From assembly GCA_973895155.1 (NCBI GenBank), contig OZ316895.1:9040184-9104183 (forward strand): a DNA stretch of 64,000 bases, in the 5' to 3' direction. How positions within the stretch are numbered: position 1 is the first letter of the stretch; every line of letters begins with the position of its first letter. The stretch is from Marsupella aquatica (Eukaryota > Plantae > Marchantiophyta). Below, piece after piece: positions 13,496 to 25,830 of this stretch. The notes below the pieces were generated by a model that made no database searches, had not been told where the DNA came from, and saw only the letters and a program-made list of their open reading frames with translations. The translations under genes were made by a program, and so were the position numbers.

Positions 13496-16445
13496 ATGGC
13501 AGATATCCCAGAACCACCGAAGATAGGTGCTGGGTTTATTTCAGAGATGTTGCGGGATGAGAGTCTTTCAGCCAAAGGTCTTGCAAGTGGGTGTTCGTCT
13601 TCATGAGCAACGAAAGTGAGAGCGAGGAGAAAAGTGATGATAGTGCAGAGGATGAAGGGGATGAGAAATCAGACGAGGTATCTTCCGTTGCAGACTCGGA
13701 GGAAGAAGATGCGAGGGAGACAAAGAGTAAGACTAAAACCCCGCGTAGACCAGACTCTGAAGACACGCAACCACCAAGAACGAAGCACGAGCTTGATGTA
13801 ATTTTCTCTACCTCGTGAATGATCTGCCTTGCCCTTCAATGTCCTTGCCAAGTTTTGTGATTTGAGCTGAACAGTATTCGATTTTTCATTTCGTGATTAT
13901 GATTTCTATTCTTCGAGTGCTGTTTCAGAGAAAGACTGCTCATGAGCACTTCGAAATGAGGATGGCTTGTTTGTTTGCAGTGCCTCTCTAAGAGCTGTCA
14001 GTTGATCGTGCAGCAGTTTTAAAACCTAGGAATTGTGGGATGCTTCTACGGTCGTGAGGCTGATCACATCCGCAAGTAATTGGTCATGGAGCCCTGACGA
14101 AGGTAATGCACAGCAGTGAGGAAATATTAGTTTTGCATCCTCCCTTTCAAATATACTCTTCCCAGACGACTGTATGCCAATATCAGGCGAGAAGATAAGA
14201 TTGTTCGTAATTAAATCGCAGTACAACAAATAAACAGAACATGATGTACACGTACTATCAAGATGAGAAGTTTCTGGTTTCAGGATTAACTAGCGCGTTT
14301 TGTAGTCAAAACCTGTGCAAATGAAAAATGAGCAAATTAATGTGAACTTAGACCATGAAGAGTGGAGTCATCGGGTGGAATGAAGTTCAAGCACTCCTAG
14401 GCAGAGAAACTCATGTAATGGCATAGGACAGGTCCTTGTTGACAATCAGTGTGACTTCAATCAACGATTCGAAGCAATTTATAGAATGTGGGTGACATGC
14501 AAAGTTTAACATAATTTCTTCTACATACAAGTCTTACCTACTGTACCCAAGGGGACCGCAGTCCTTGAACCTGACCACAAGTCATAGTCGGTGGCCTGTA
14601 CTTCCTCGGTAAGTTTCTGCCACCCAACACAAGATTTTCCTCTGAAAATATCTACTCTGCACATCAAAGAAAGAATAAACTAGTCCTACAAAGTTGTTGT
14701 CGAATGCCTGAACTAGAAGCAAGTTCAAGACCTAGGATTGATTGTTTGAATCCGTTAGTTACCTTCTCACCTTTCCTGGTAGTCTGAATTCCTTTCATTG
14801 CCAAGTTTTTTTGAAATGGTGGGCATCCTCATGCTCTTTGGATTCCAGGTTCAATGTGGACTAAGTGGTTTCCCTTTCTTGAAGTAAGTACTGGACTTAA
14901 CGGTAATTGTTGTGTCATCAGGGACTGAGGGAGTTCTCAACGAAAATTGCATTTTGTGGCTAACAGAATCCAGAGTTCCGCTTGGCATCGTGGACAAGGT
15001 GTTTGGCCCTGTGAAGAACCCGTTTTATCTCGTTCGGTTCAATGAGGTGTCGGATACCAGAAATTGCAAAGACAGGAGCAGATGTGTCGTACGTGAGTGA
15101 ATGTTCGGAGTTTGTACCTAAGGACAATCCCAATCTTTACAAGAGAGCTGTCGTTCATCTGGTCTTGATGTTGAAGAAGTGGCATCGGATGAAGACCTTG
15201 AATTTTCGGATGATGAGAAAAGGCTGCAGCAAGGATGAGAGAGAAGAGCAAAAGAGCAGATGGCCAACATTCAAAGGGCAGCGAACCGAGAGGGGCAGAG
15301 GACGTGGCCATAACATAATATTAGGGGTGCTATTACGCCGAGGAATACTGCGACTTTTGTGAGTATGAGAGTGATTCTTTTTGTTGTCAACAGTTCACAC
15401 CTTGTGGTGGACATCGTTTGCTTATCACCCAGGATTTCTTGGGTGTAAAAGAGAAATTTGGGATGTAGAATCCTATGCGGAGAAAAGTGTTAATTGCATA
15501 TTGATCTTTGACTCTCTTTGCTTGTTATCCCTGCAGGCAAATGCAGTGGATACTTCAGCACACTTCGTAGCAGGCATTGACCTTCAAGTTTCTCCATAGG
15601 ACTCACAACTCCCCGGGAATAGACAACAGAATGAAAGAAGGTCGAGCCAAGGATGGCAGAACTCGCCACGGAACTCACGCCGTCAAGAAGTGCAGCCAAG
15701 GGGAGCAGGTCCAGCAGATGGACAAATGAGTTCCTCTCAGCATCAACAATTTCCACAACGAAGACATGGGCTTTTATGTTACCTTACAAGCCAGCAGTCA
15801 AAGGCTTGCTGAACATTCGTATCAGCATCAACAATCTCCACAAAGAAGAGAGGGGCTTTATGTCACTGAATAAGCTAGCAGTCAAAGGCTTGCTCAACAA
15901 GTAAAGCAAGCCTTTGGTATGCAAGGCTTCTCTTTCAATGTGGGAGCAATGCCTGCTCACCTGCGAAGATAAGGATTCCCTATACATCAACACCACAGGC
16001 TTCCAAGTCTTTGTGTATCAACAGGTACTGGCTATGTCGCTCCTTGTGGCATAGCTAGCCAGGGAAACGTTTACTCTGTCCCAGGTGGTCCTCAATTTGT
16101 GCAAAATTCAATGGCTTTGAGCAAATCCTAACGTACCCAATAACTTGTATTTCAACAATCAGGGACAAGGTCAAATCAACATGATTCAAAGTGAAGGTTA
16201 CAGTAATGTCGTCATGCAGGACAGGTCAATTTTGGAGCACAGCCTCCACTGTAGTTCATCCCTCTCTAGCCACTTTCATGGACCCGTCTCATGTAGTGGG
16301 GTGGTTTCGCAGGATAATAATAGTGCCCAGTATGAAGTCCCAAAATAGTCACAACCAAGGTGCAGTAGGTGTGGCCAGAGGTAGTTTTGATGGCCACAGA
16401 GGTCATTCATGTGGACGACAGCAACGTAATTTATTGAAAAAATAA
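13496..16445 (+). pseudogene. NAF1: NAF1-like (H/ACA RNP assembly factor, Gar1/Naf1 domain) pseudogene
   Basis: Acidic N-terminal exon ending RTKHELD|gtaa (~13797). Gar1/Naf1 core LNENCILWLTESRVPLGIVDKVFGPVKNPFYLVRFN (14930-15045), then frameshifts into IPEIAKTGADVSYV...NLYKR and into EEVASDEDLEFSDDEK (the NAF1 'EFSDDE' motif). Decayed Gln-rich tail with stops. Outer boundaries approximate. Confidence 0.8.
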
Positions 16446-16564
16446 AAGGTTCCCGACACTAGTAACGGATATACCTTTCTACTTCGTTTGTTTTTTTAAT
16501 GTCGGAAATCAATGTATTTAACCACAACCGCCACTATGAAAGTGGGCCCTACCCCTAAACTGGC

Positions 16565-16660
16565 CCACTGTTCATTTGTGTGGGTGAATTGCCTGCGTGA
16601 ACAGTAGAATTTGCGTGGTGAACAGTTGAATTTGCCTGGGTGAACAGTACACTACCCTGG
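16565..16660. repeat. GTGAACAGT motif cluster, probable TE subterminal remnant
   Basis: Three GTGAACAGT copies ~21 bp apart, one inverted ACTGTTCA, and a further copy at ~16863. Confidence 0.45.
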
Positions 16661-17006
16661 AGGTTATGCCACTCACTTCCCATCATGAAACCCTTGTACC
16701 TCAAAATCAATTTTTTGAACATTTCTAAAAAGATATGAACCAAATTTTAGATGCAGCTTTTGTGGAATTAGGTTTCACCAAGATCGATGTTTTGAGCTAC
16801 ACTAGATATCACCCCCTACCGTGAGTTGACCTTGATACTCAAAAATTAGTTAATTTCCTTGGGTGAACAGTAGACCCTGGCTATCTTTGACTCCGTTGTT
16901 GACAAGCCCCACAAGGGCAAGTCTCACATTTTCCTTCTTCTCCTCTCTTTGTACTCGTCCTTGCATGTCATCATCACTTGAAAGAGAAGGACTTGACTTA
17001 GACTTA

Positions 17007-17378
17007 GAGCATCTCCAACCCAAGTGGGTTTTGCTATTGTAACTGGGTGTTGAACAAACCGAGTAAGGAATATCTAAAAAGTCAGGTTCAACCCACTCAT
17101 GATAACTCTATCTCAATTTCAGGAAGGGGGTTTTTTGGTTATTGGATCTGTATATGGGAGAGTTTATACACTAGTTGACTCCTTAGTGAGTTGCTGGGTT
17201 TTCAAGATCTCAACGGGTTTTCCAGATCTTGATACCTGCTGTTTAGGGAAGATTATCCATCAAGGTTGGGAATGTTTTTCAATTGGCCCTTAAAGATACT
17301 TACAATGAATTACATATAAGACATTGTCTGACTAGGTAATGTACCCAATAAGCAAACCACATTGGGTTGGAGATGCTC
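17007..17378. mobile_element. Tourist-like (PIF/Harbinger) MITE, 372 bp
   Basis: Perfect 17-bp TIR GAGCATCTCCAACCCAA / TTGGGTTGGAGATGCTC, flanked by TTA on both sides (17004-17006, 17379-17381). Confidence 0.92.
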
Positions 17379-19389
17379 TTAGTGGGACCCCAAAGGGTTT
17401 TTACTACTTGATGAGACCCCAAAGTCTTTTCATCACCTGAAAGAGGAGAAAGTTATTTTGTGGGACCCCAAATGGAGTGTCACTACTTGGCAAGGCCCCC
17501 CACTGTCGACTTAGAGTGGCTTTACAAGGGGTGTGGGCACTTGTGCCTTTTTTCACGAGCGTGAAGTGGAGGGTTGCTTAGTGTGGGAAAGTTAGACTCC
17601 TCGATCAACATCTATTAGAAATGAATATCAATAAATGCAAATCACTTGAATGACAAAGGAGACGAAGTTTGAAAATATTTGGACTACCTCTACAGATGAT
17701 CTATAATTTTAGATAACATAAGCACTGCACGTCAGGATTTCTGGCCCATTGCTTGCCAAGTAGGATTGATACATCCTCACATGTGAAATTGGAGTCCTTG
17801 TAAAGCCAATTGTAGCTGTCTCCAGTCATTCTACTGTCCAGATATAATCTTAGCGTGATTAAAAAGAAGCAATGGGCCCCATTGATGCCAAGTAGGATTA
17901 ATAAGAAGCAATGGGCCCTCCTTCTTGTAAAGCCACCGTAAGACATGCGTGTAGACCAACAGTCACACTTTCCCCCACAAGATTCAAGAAGAAGCCACCC
18001 TTTATTGGACTCCTCATTTGACAGCTATGAGGATTGAGTGGCAGGTACTTTCCAATGATGAGGGGCTGCCACATATACTTAATGCCATTTGTGAAATATC
18101 ACTTTTTAATTCTGAATACATCTATCAAGGAGAATGCACACTCAAAAAATTTGTAATCTCATCGTGAAAATTTTTCTCTACTTACAAAAATCCTCATCAA
18201 TGTATTAAAGACTCTTACCAAAGTACAATAATTTATGGACAATAACAACTCAAAATTAAACCCAATTCTCTTGTCTTTCAGGGGGTTATAGCACACAATG
18301 CCCTTAAATGGTACATTACTAGATGTACAAAAATATGCCAGATTATATTTTTGAGAATGACTACAAAGGAGATTAGTTACTTTCTTTACAATATGAAGCC
18401 CAAGAGGTTCTAACTATTTATTGGCTTTTTTATAACCAAAAAATATTTGAAAAAATTCAACCCTTTTGATGTAAATATTGTTTTTTCTCAAAGAGCCGGA
18501 AAAGGGCCGGAACCCGAGACACCCAGGGGACGAAGGGCGCACCGCCCTGAACAAGGCGGCACCCAAAAAACCAGCAAGAGCACTCACAATTTTGATGTAA
18601 ATATTGATATATCACTCACAAATTATCTAATTGGTTACTTTGTTTTACCATGTTGTTTGTTATCTTAAAATTTACTTTCCAAATTTTTGATCCTTTTTAC
18701 AATTACTAAGTCTAACTTATTTTCCTTATCTTGTGCCAAACATGAATAGTTGTGTTTGTTTCTTGTTAAAGACATCAGTGTTCCTGTTTGTGACCAAATG
18801 TGATGATGTGACTGCACATGATGTAAGGAATTTAGAAAGAGCTTCCCATGGGGTCCCTGATCAGCTTATACACTTGCCATATATGCTGAGTGTCAGATCA
18901 CACAAGTTGTGTGAGATTCCTCAGGAGTGTTTTACAATGCATGGGGGCACCCTGCTTCTTTTCCCTCCCTCTCAGCTTAAAGTTGGAGTCTGTACCTGGT
19001 GGAAACTGCTGTAGTTGGCTTTACAATAACTTGGGAGCCCATTCAATTTTAGTGTCTAAAGTGATCCTATGTGTCAAGCAGTGACCGCAAGTAAATGTTG
19101 ATGTGAAGTGATTGTCCGCAACCAGACAGTCCAGATGTGAAGACAGTTTTGTGTCCGCCACTTTTTTCTCAGAAATTTGTCTTGTCCGCAACCAGAGGGC
19201 AAAAGGGAGAGCTCTAGACCACATACCACCAGATCCTAGTCAAGCTCCGAAGTGCAGACCTGGAGGTTCCCAGGCTGATGTTTGGCCAACAGAATACAAC
19301 TTGAGCTATTACTGGTTGACCTTGCATTTAAACCAGTGATTATTTTTGTAAATCAGCTTTTAAGTACACTCCCACTTAAGCCCCGTTTG

Positions 19390-19939
19390 GACTTGCCCGG
19401 CAAATAGAGCCTTTGGAGCCCGTCAACTGGCAAGTCGTCACCCGGACTGTCCCGGCCCGGCCATGACCTCCTGGCCTGAGCCGGCCCGCCCCTAAAGCAC
19501 CCCAGAAAAACCCCCGCCCCGACCTCCCCGGCCCGACTTTCCTGGCAAAACCCCCCGGTCCTGGTCCCCAACCGCCCCACCCCAAGTACTTACCTAGGGC
19601 TCCTGGCCCCATGCCCCGGTCTCCCCTTCCCTGGCCCCATCCCCCTGTCTCCCCTTCCTGAGCTTCACTTCCCCGGGCCGGCAGGTTCAGGAGGAGGGGC
19701 CGGGAGGAGGGGAGGGGAGGGGAGGGGACCGGGAGGAAAGGAGGAAGGGGACCTGGGCCGGGTCTGGGTGAGGGGCCGGGTGCGGGGCAGGGCCAGGTCC
19801 GGGGAGGGGTAGGGCGGCAGGGTCCGGGACGAGGCCGGGTCTTGGCCAGGAATGGTTCGGGCCGGGGAATGATCAGGAATATCCAGAAAATAGAGCCATT
19901 TTGGTCTGACAAATGACGAGTTTACGTGCCGGGCAACTC
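19390..19939. mobile_element. GC-rich fold-back (inverted-repeat) element
   Basis: Ends GACTTGCCCGGCA / TGCCGGGCAACTC (12/13 inverted match). Internal inverted match CTCCCCGGCCCGACTTTCCTGGC (~19524) with GCCAGGAATGGTTCGGGCCGGGGA (~19845). C-rich left half, G-rich right half. Confidence 0.55.
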
Positions 19940-20353
19940 TGCAACTCACCAGTCACTTCAAACCCTGCACTTAAGATGTTTGAATTTATAATACTGCCAC
20001 CCTTTTTGTTGTATTTACAAAATGCCACATTTTCCATATATAGCTCCATGTTACCTTGGGTAACTTGTCATCCATATACTAAACAGTGATATTTTTTAAA
20101 ATATGAAAAAAAGTATGGCAGTATTATCAATTAGAATATCTTTAGTGACAAAATAATTAAAAATTGTTCTGTAAATATGGAAAAACATTTGTCCACGCTC
20201 TTGACACTTCGTGGTGGTGGGCTTCCCGTTCCCATTCATGTGTTCACATAGCCCCCTTCAGAATTGGACAACTGGTCCTTGCTGATTAGTTACACGCTTC
20301 GTGTCTTATGCTTTGGCTTGGCAAATAGTTGATCCTGTTATTTGGATTTTTGC

Positions 20354-20467
20354 TCACGGACAGTTGTTCAGTTCTCAGTTATATGCAGCTGGTTCTGTTC
20401 CTGATCCTTTCACGGACAGTTGTTCAGTTCACAGTTATATGCAGCTGGTTCTCTTCCTGATCCTTTG
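20354..20467. repeat. ~56-bp tandem duplication
   Basis: TCACGGACAGTTGTTCAGTTC(T/A)CAGTTATATGCAGCTGGTTCT(G/C)TTCCTGATCCTTT occurs twice. Confidence 0.85.
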
Positions 20468-21363
20468 GCTGAGTCAGCCCTCTTATTTGCGTGTAGATGC
20501 TTACTGTAGTTCGGTGTTCTTCTATTTCTTTTTCACCGGTAGTTTCTCCTGTTACCCTTTGCCCTTGGGACTGAATGTATTTGGTCTCCGGGTGGTTTTT
20601 TGACCTTTTGATCTGGCCTGTCACTTCTGATTCTTTATTGGGTTTTATTTTTCACATAAGTAAAGTGCTCCTTTCAAATAAAATAGGACAACTGCATCCA
20701 AATACAATATGTAATTCTGGATTTCTCAATAAATGCTTCTGATGTACGTAGCGGTTACAGATAAATGCTAGTATATTTATCAATTAATGCAGGCCGACAT
20801 GGATCTAGGAAAAATACATTCCGGGTTGCACGTACAAAGGAAAGCTTTGGAAGTTTGACGGAACGCAATATTCCCCTGCACTTATACAACGGAATACATT
20901 TAGAAAAGAGGCATACGGTAAGGTGCATTTACGCAAGGTAGACTGTACAGTGATTTGAATTACTGTCAAGCGTATCACTACGCGGAAGAAAAGTACAGTA
21001 TCTGTACGAAGTACATCCGAAAACAGGATGTACCTCATCGACGATGGTACCATCGGACGGCACCGGATGTCCGGGTCCCACAGAGTTCAATCATTCCTGG
21101 ACTTACCCCTATGCTAGCTCAACTGCCTTATTTGTTACCGAGCTATTTCTATCCTTTCTCCAGCTAAGAAATGCCGGGCGGTGATTCTATTTCCGTTACG
21201 GATGTCTTTTTAATTTTCTTAATTTTTTCTCTCCTCTCAGTACGGCAATCGCCAGTAAGTGACGTGCTCCTAACGGTACTGTGACGGTGACGGTGGTCCG
21301 ACGTGGCTTCGCACATTTCCTCTGTCCGCCCGTCACCAATCATCATGGATGCGTGCCCTTTCG

Positions 21364-22388
21364 CACATATGTGGGATCATGGTTTCATGTGGTGTCCTAA
21401 ACCCTGAACAAATCTCCCCCTAGGTTTAATTAAAGAATTGTAGAGCTCGGCTGTGTGTGCAATTAAATATTGTGGTCTGTTGTGCGTTCCCAATTACGAT
21501 TGCCAGCACACTGAATTTAGAGGAAGATCTCATCTGCCCTATCGGAAATTCTCGCTGCCCTAAAAAAACGAAGTCAATTTCACTGTAATTCGTGAAAAGT
21601 ATATACTAATTACTTAGTTCAAATTTAATGTCGTTAATACTAAGTTTTGGTGAACTTGATTTTGATTTCAAAGTAACATTCAAAACAAGGTTGTCCACAT
21701 TTGTTTAGAGTCTTAACACAATGGGTGATGTGCAGTCAAATTGATAAAATTATTTTCACATTCTTTTAAACCGATCTTATCACTTGTTTTCCTAGTCCAA
21801 AGTAATATTTACCCAAAATAATGTGAATAACATCAATTCATGAACAGAGCAAGAATTGTTTTGAATTAGTGTGATTAGCACTAACTACCCTGAACAGTGC
21901 ACATGTATATGTGGGATCATGTTTTCGTGTGGTGTCCTAAACCCTGGACAGATCTCCCCGAAATATTAAAGAATTCTAGAGCTCGGCTGTATATGGAATT
22001 AAATATTGTGTTCTGTTGTGAATTCTCAATTTCGATTGCACGAACACTCGATTTAGAGAAAGATCTCATCGGCCCCAGCGCAAATGTTGGCTGCCCTCGA
22101 AGAAAACACCGTACATTTCATTGTTGTGTAATTAGTTAGAAATCGACAACATTTCAACTTAATTAGTGCTATCCACAAAGTATTTAAAAATAAGTGATTT
22201 TGGTACAATAACACTAAACGAATTTACATTTTTCAAAATTGTTCTCTCCCACTATTTTCCCTGAGTCTATTGGAACACTAATTCATGGGTGAAAATAATA
22301 TTATATTTGAACACTAATTCATGAACAGAGCCAAAAATCTTTTGATTAATGTAAGTGGCACTACAGTAGTTATCGTGATCAGTGTACA
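21364..22388. repeat. Diverged ~500-540-bp tandem duplication
   Basis: ATATGTGGGATCATG..TGGTGTCCTAAACCCTG..AGAGCTCGGCTGT..AAGATCTCATC at ~21367 and ~21908. AATTCATGAACAGAGC at ~21835 and ~22316. Confidence 0.75.
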
Positions 22389-24894
22389 ATAGCGTGTCCT
22401 ATGAGCGTTAATTCTCTTTTTTGTCTTTCAGAGGTCCATTTATCTATTTAGGATTGCAATTTTCTTGAGTTTATTTAGCCACCTTACAACGTTTTATAAA
22501 AGCCACAAACTTTCTTGGAGAATTCACATCGTACAACATTGTGGCGAGTGAACGTGTCGAGGGGATGATATAACAGACGTACGTGTCATTTTGCAAGGTT
22601 TTGATCAAACTCCCTTTTACTTTTTGCAATTCCAAGGTTTCCTAGGGAGGATATCATATAATATTGAGCCTAGTGGGAATGCTTCTCCTCTACGAAGGAA
22701 GTTTGTTACATTTAAACTTCTTTTCTTACATGGCTCCAACATGAATGTTGGTTCTCCCGCCAATGTGATTGTCATTCTTTGTTGGGCTTTTTCAATACAA
22801 GAATTTCAAAAAATGGCAGTTTTTCTTGTTGGACTGTTTTACAGATTAATATCTCACCAACTTGGGTAGATGAACGGAAAATGAGCCAAGTCCCATTTGG
22901 CACCGAACCCTCACATTAGTGGTAATTAGGTTTCCGCAAGAAAGAAATTAAATTAAGAGAAATCTCACAGCGTAGAATACGGTAGTGGTTTGTGCAGGGA
23001 GAAAAATCGAATTAGAATAGAGTAATAGACTCACTCCCAGTGCAAGAGCGTGACATCCCAGAAAGAGTCGGCCGGGAAAGTATGCAGTGAGTTTCTCAGC
23101 AATGGGAGGAAATTAATTTTAGACACGGCCGCCTGGAAAAACATTTAGGAGGCAAAGTGACCCGGGAAACAATGTGATCTGCTGAAATTGGACGGGAACA
23201 CATGTTTTGGGCTATGAATAAGCCAAATATTGGAATTTTGGGGCGAAATGTAGACTCAGAGAAAACATCTGTCTGGGAAAAATAGAAATCACCGATCACA
23301 AAAGTACAGAAACACTAGGTACAATTAGGCGTCCAAATGGCTAAAGTGGAGCAGGTTCAAATGGACAATAATGCTGGATTGTTTACCCTTGGCCATATTA
23401 GCCACCTTTGGCGTAAATTTTGAAGGGGCATCCAAAGTAGCCAAGACAGTTCTTGCCAAAAAGTGGCTGAAATCAGGCATCCAAAAGGCTGGAGTCGGCT
23501 CAAAATGGGAAATGTTTTGCTGGATTGGTTACCCTACAAGACCTCTTTACTCAGAGGCAGGAAAGAGAAGGAGAACCAAATTTAGTTAAATTAAGTGAAA
23601 GAGGAGTAACTTCACTGCACATGGTGTCCATGTCGTCACAAGAGCCGCCAACGAACTTTCGACGCTAATCGAGCCATGCCATGCATCCAGAACTTGGCAT
23701 GGCGTGGCGTGGCGCGGGTGGATGTTTCCTGGCACGTGGAACCTGCCCAATGGATGTGACGCCAACCTAACCGAGAGGACGACAGCTTTACAGTCTCGTA
23801 CACTGTATGGCATACAGTCTGTCCTCCCTCGTACAGCGATAGACAGACTAAGGATAAACCTTACAGTACACTGCGTTGGAAACGCCACTGCCCGAGGTTC
23901 GTTTTCGTACCCCAGTCGGCAGTCTCTGTCTCAGGTGAAAAAACGAGGACGGCAGTCTAGTACTCTAGTACCCTAGGGATTCTCAGCTTCACCCAATAAA
24001 TAATTAATTATTGAAAAGTTTATTCTTGGAGCAAAAGTTTTAGCCAGAGGCTGAGTTGCTCCAAACCTACAGTACTTCGAAAACTTTTGCAAGTTGACTG
24101 GAATTAATTTTGCATACTTGACGGCTTGCAAACGTTGGGAGCGACCAGTTAGTCCAAACTTTTCGGTACAGGTAATGAAGATTATAGTGCAAGTTTAGAC
24201 AAACACTTCAAAATATAAACTACCTGAAAACTTGTTTAACCCAGGCATGGCTGGTGCCTCAAAAGTTACATCAAACTAAACAATTGAGCATGAAAAGTTT
24301 TTCTTGTCCGAAATCTGTAAGAGCAATTTTGTTCGAACCATGCTATGAACTTTTTCACTTCTTTCAGAAACAAGTAACAAATATTGAAAAGAGCATGTCT
24401 GTTTGGGGGCATCGTTTACTATCACTTGCCAGGTATTGTGTTTGTGACAAATCCATATACCCTTAGAATGCATATTTACTAATATGCTAGGATATGCTAA
24501 GCATTATACGTAAACCCAGATTTATCAGTGTTTGTGAGCAGAATATCAAAATTCCTCTCTGGGAAGATGAGCAATCCAGTTGCAACCACAACTTCCTGTA
24601 AGTAGTACTCCGGGTAACTTTGTAGTACTCACTTTACATATAATATAGTGGTGTATGCAAAAGAACACATCATGGATCTTTTACTATCCGCATAAACTCA
24701 TTAGTTCATCATAATGGGTGATCTAGGGCTCAAAAGGTATATTTCAGTGTTGACAATCCACAGACTACATCTCAATATAGCTCATATTTTGTAAGAAATC
24801 AGCAACTAAGAAGGTTCTACATTGGAAAGTGAGCGAGGGAGTCTGCAAGGTAGGTCTATTGTCCAACTAGGCGAAAAACTAGTAGTAGGTTATG

Positions 24895-25830
24895 GGCAGG
24901 GCCCTTGTATAGTAGCACCTAAAAAGTAAACAATGTTCCTTTTATAGTAGCTCTAGGCAAGAGAACCACCCTCTTACAGTGGCACCGTGGCAAATAAGCA
25001 GTATCCGGTGAGAGGAAAGGCCCCTTTTATCATCGCTGTAGGCAAATAAGCACCCTTTAATAGTTGCACGTCGGAAATTCTCAGAATAAACAGCTTATTA
25101 GTAACAGGTCCCCTTCATAATTGCTGTAGGCACATAACCACCCTTTTATGGTGGCTCTGGGCAAATAAGCCAGATTTATTTTAGTGGTAAGAATTCAGCA
25201 GATTCCTGTAGACACATAACCAGCCTTCCGTAGTTGCTCTAGGCAAGTAAGCCATAATTGTTTTTAGTGGCAATAAATTGCTAGATCCCACCTCTCCAAA
25301 AACTGTTGGCCACTTTGAGGGAAAATTGGTTAGGTTTTGTGTCTCCCATTAGCCAGTTTTCCACCTAGCCACTGACCCCATTAACCAGAGATCTAACGGC
25401 CCAATCGGGGTGGGGTTCGGAGGGCCCGTAATAGCTTCGGATTTTTGCAATCCAGCCTGGCAGTCAACGACCTTAAGCAAGTGGGTACCTGTACCCGAAA
25501 CCGACACAGGTAGGTAGGTAGAGAATACCTAGGGGCGCAAGACAACTCTCTCTAAGGAACTCGGCAAAATAGCAGAAAATAATTCACTAAAATCAGATAA
25601 GGAATAGTTCTGACGTCTTTGCCTTCACAGGCCAACATCAATGGCACTGGCGAAAAAGGAAAAAACTTAAAGATTAGGGTCAAGTGAGCACCCTCTTACA
25701 GTGGCACCTTGGCAAATAGGCAGAACCAAAAAAGGGAAAACCTTACTGAATAGGCTGAAGTAAGCATCTTTTTTAGTAGCACCTAAGCAAATACGCAGAA
25801 TAAGCGGTTGGTTAGGAACAGGCCCCCGTC
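24895..25830. repeat. Degenerate ~30-bp satellite (consensus ~CACCCTTTTATAGTNGCTNTAGGCAAATAAG), interrupted
   Basis: Many diverged copies over 24900-25255 and again 25685-25830. CACCCTCTTACAGTGGCACC(G/T)TGGCAAATA is nearly identical at ~24967 and ~25689. Confidence 0.7.
25479..25573 (+). other. Plastid 23S rRNA fragment (NUPT), ~95 bp
   Basis: GGTACCTGTACCCGAAACCGACACAGGTAGGTAGGTAGAGAATACCTAGGGGCGCAAGACAACTCTCTCTAAGGAACTCGGCAAAATAGC matches the chloroplast 23S rRNA segment as recalled. No rRNA continuation on either side. Confidence 0.88.

Noticed and set aside
19376-19912. 178-aa Pro/Gly-rich ORF
   Set aside because: By-product of GC-rich low-complexity fold-back DNA; non-ATG start and no domain.
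25479-25573. Functional rRNA gene
   Set aside because: Only ~95 nt of 23S with non-rRNA flanks.
24895-25830. ~30-bp repeats as a CRISPR array
   Set aside because: Copies are highly diverged and often adjacent without unique spacers; this is a satellite.
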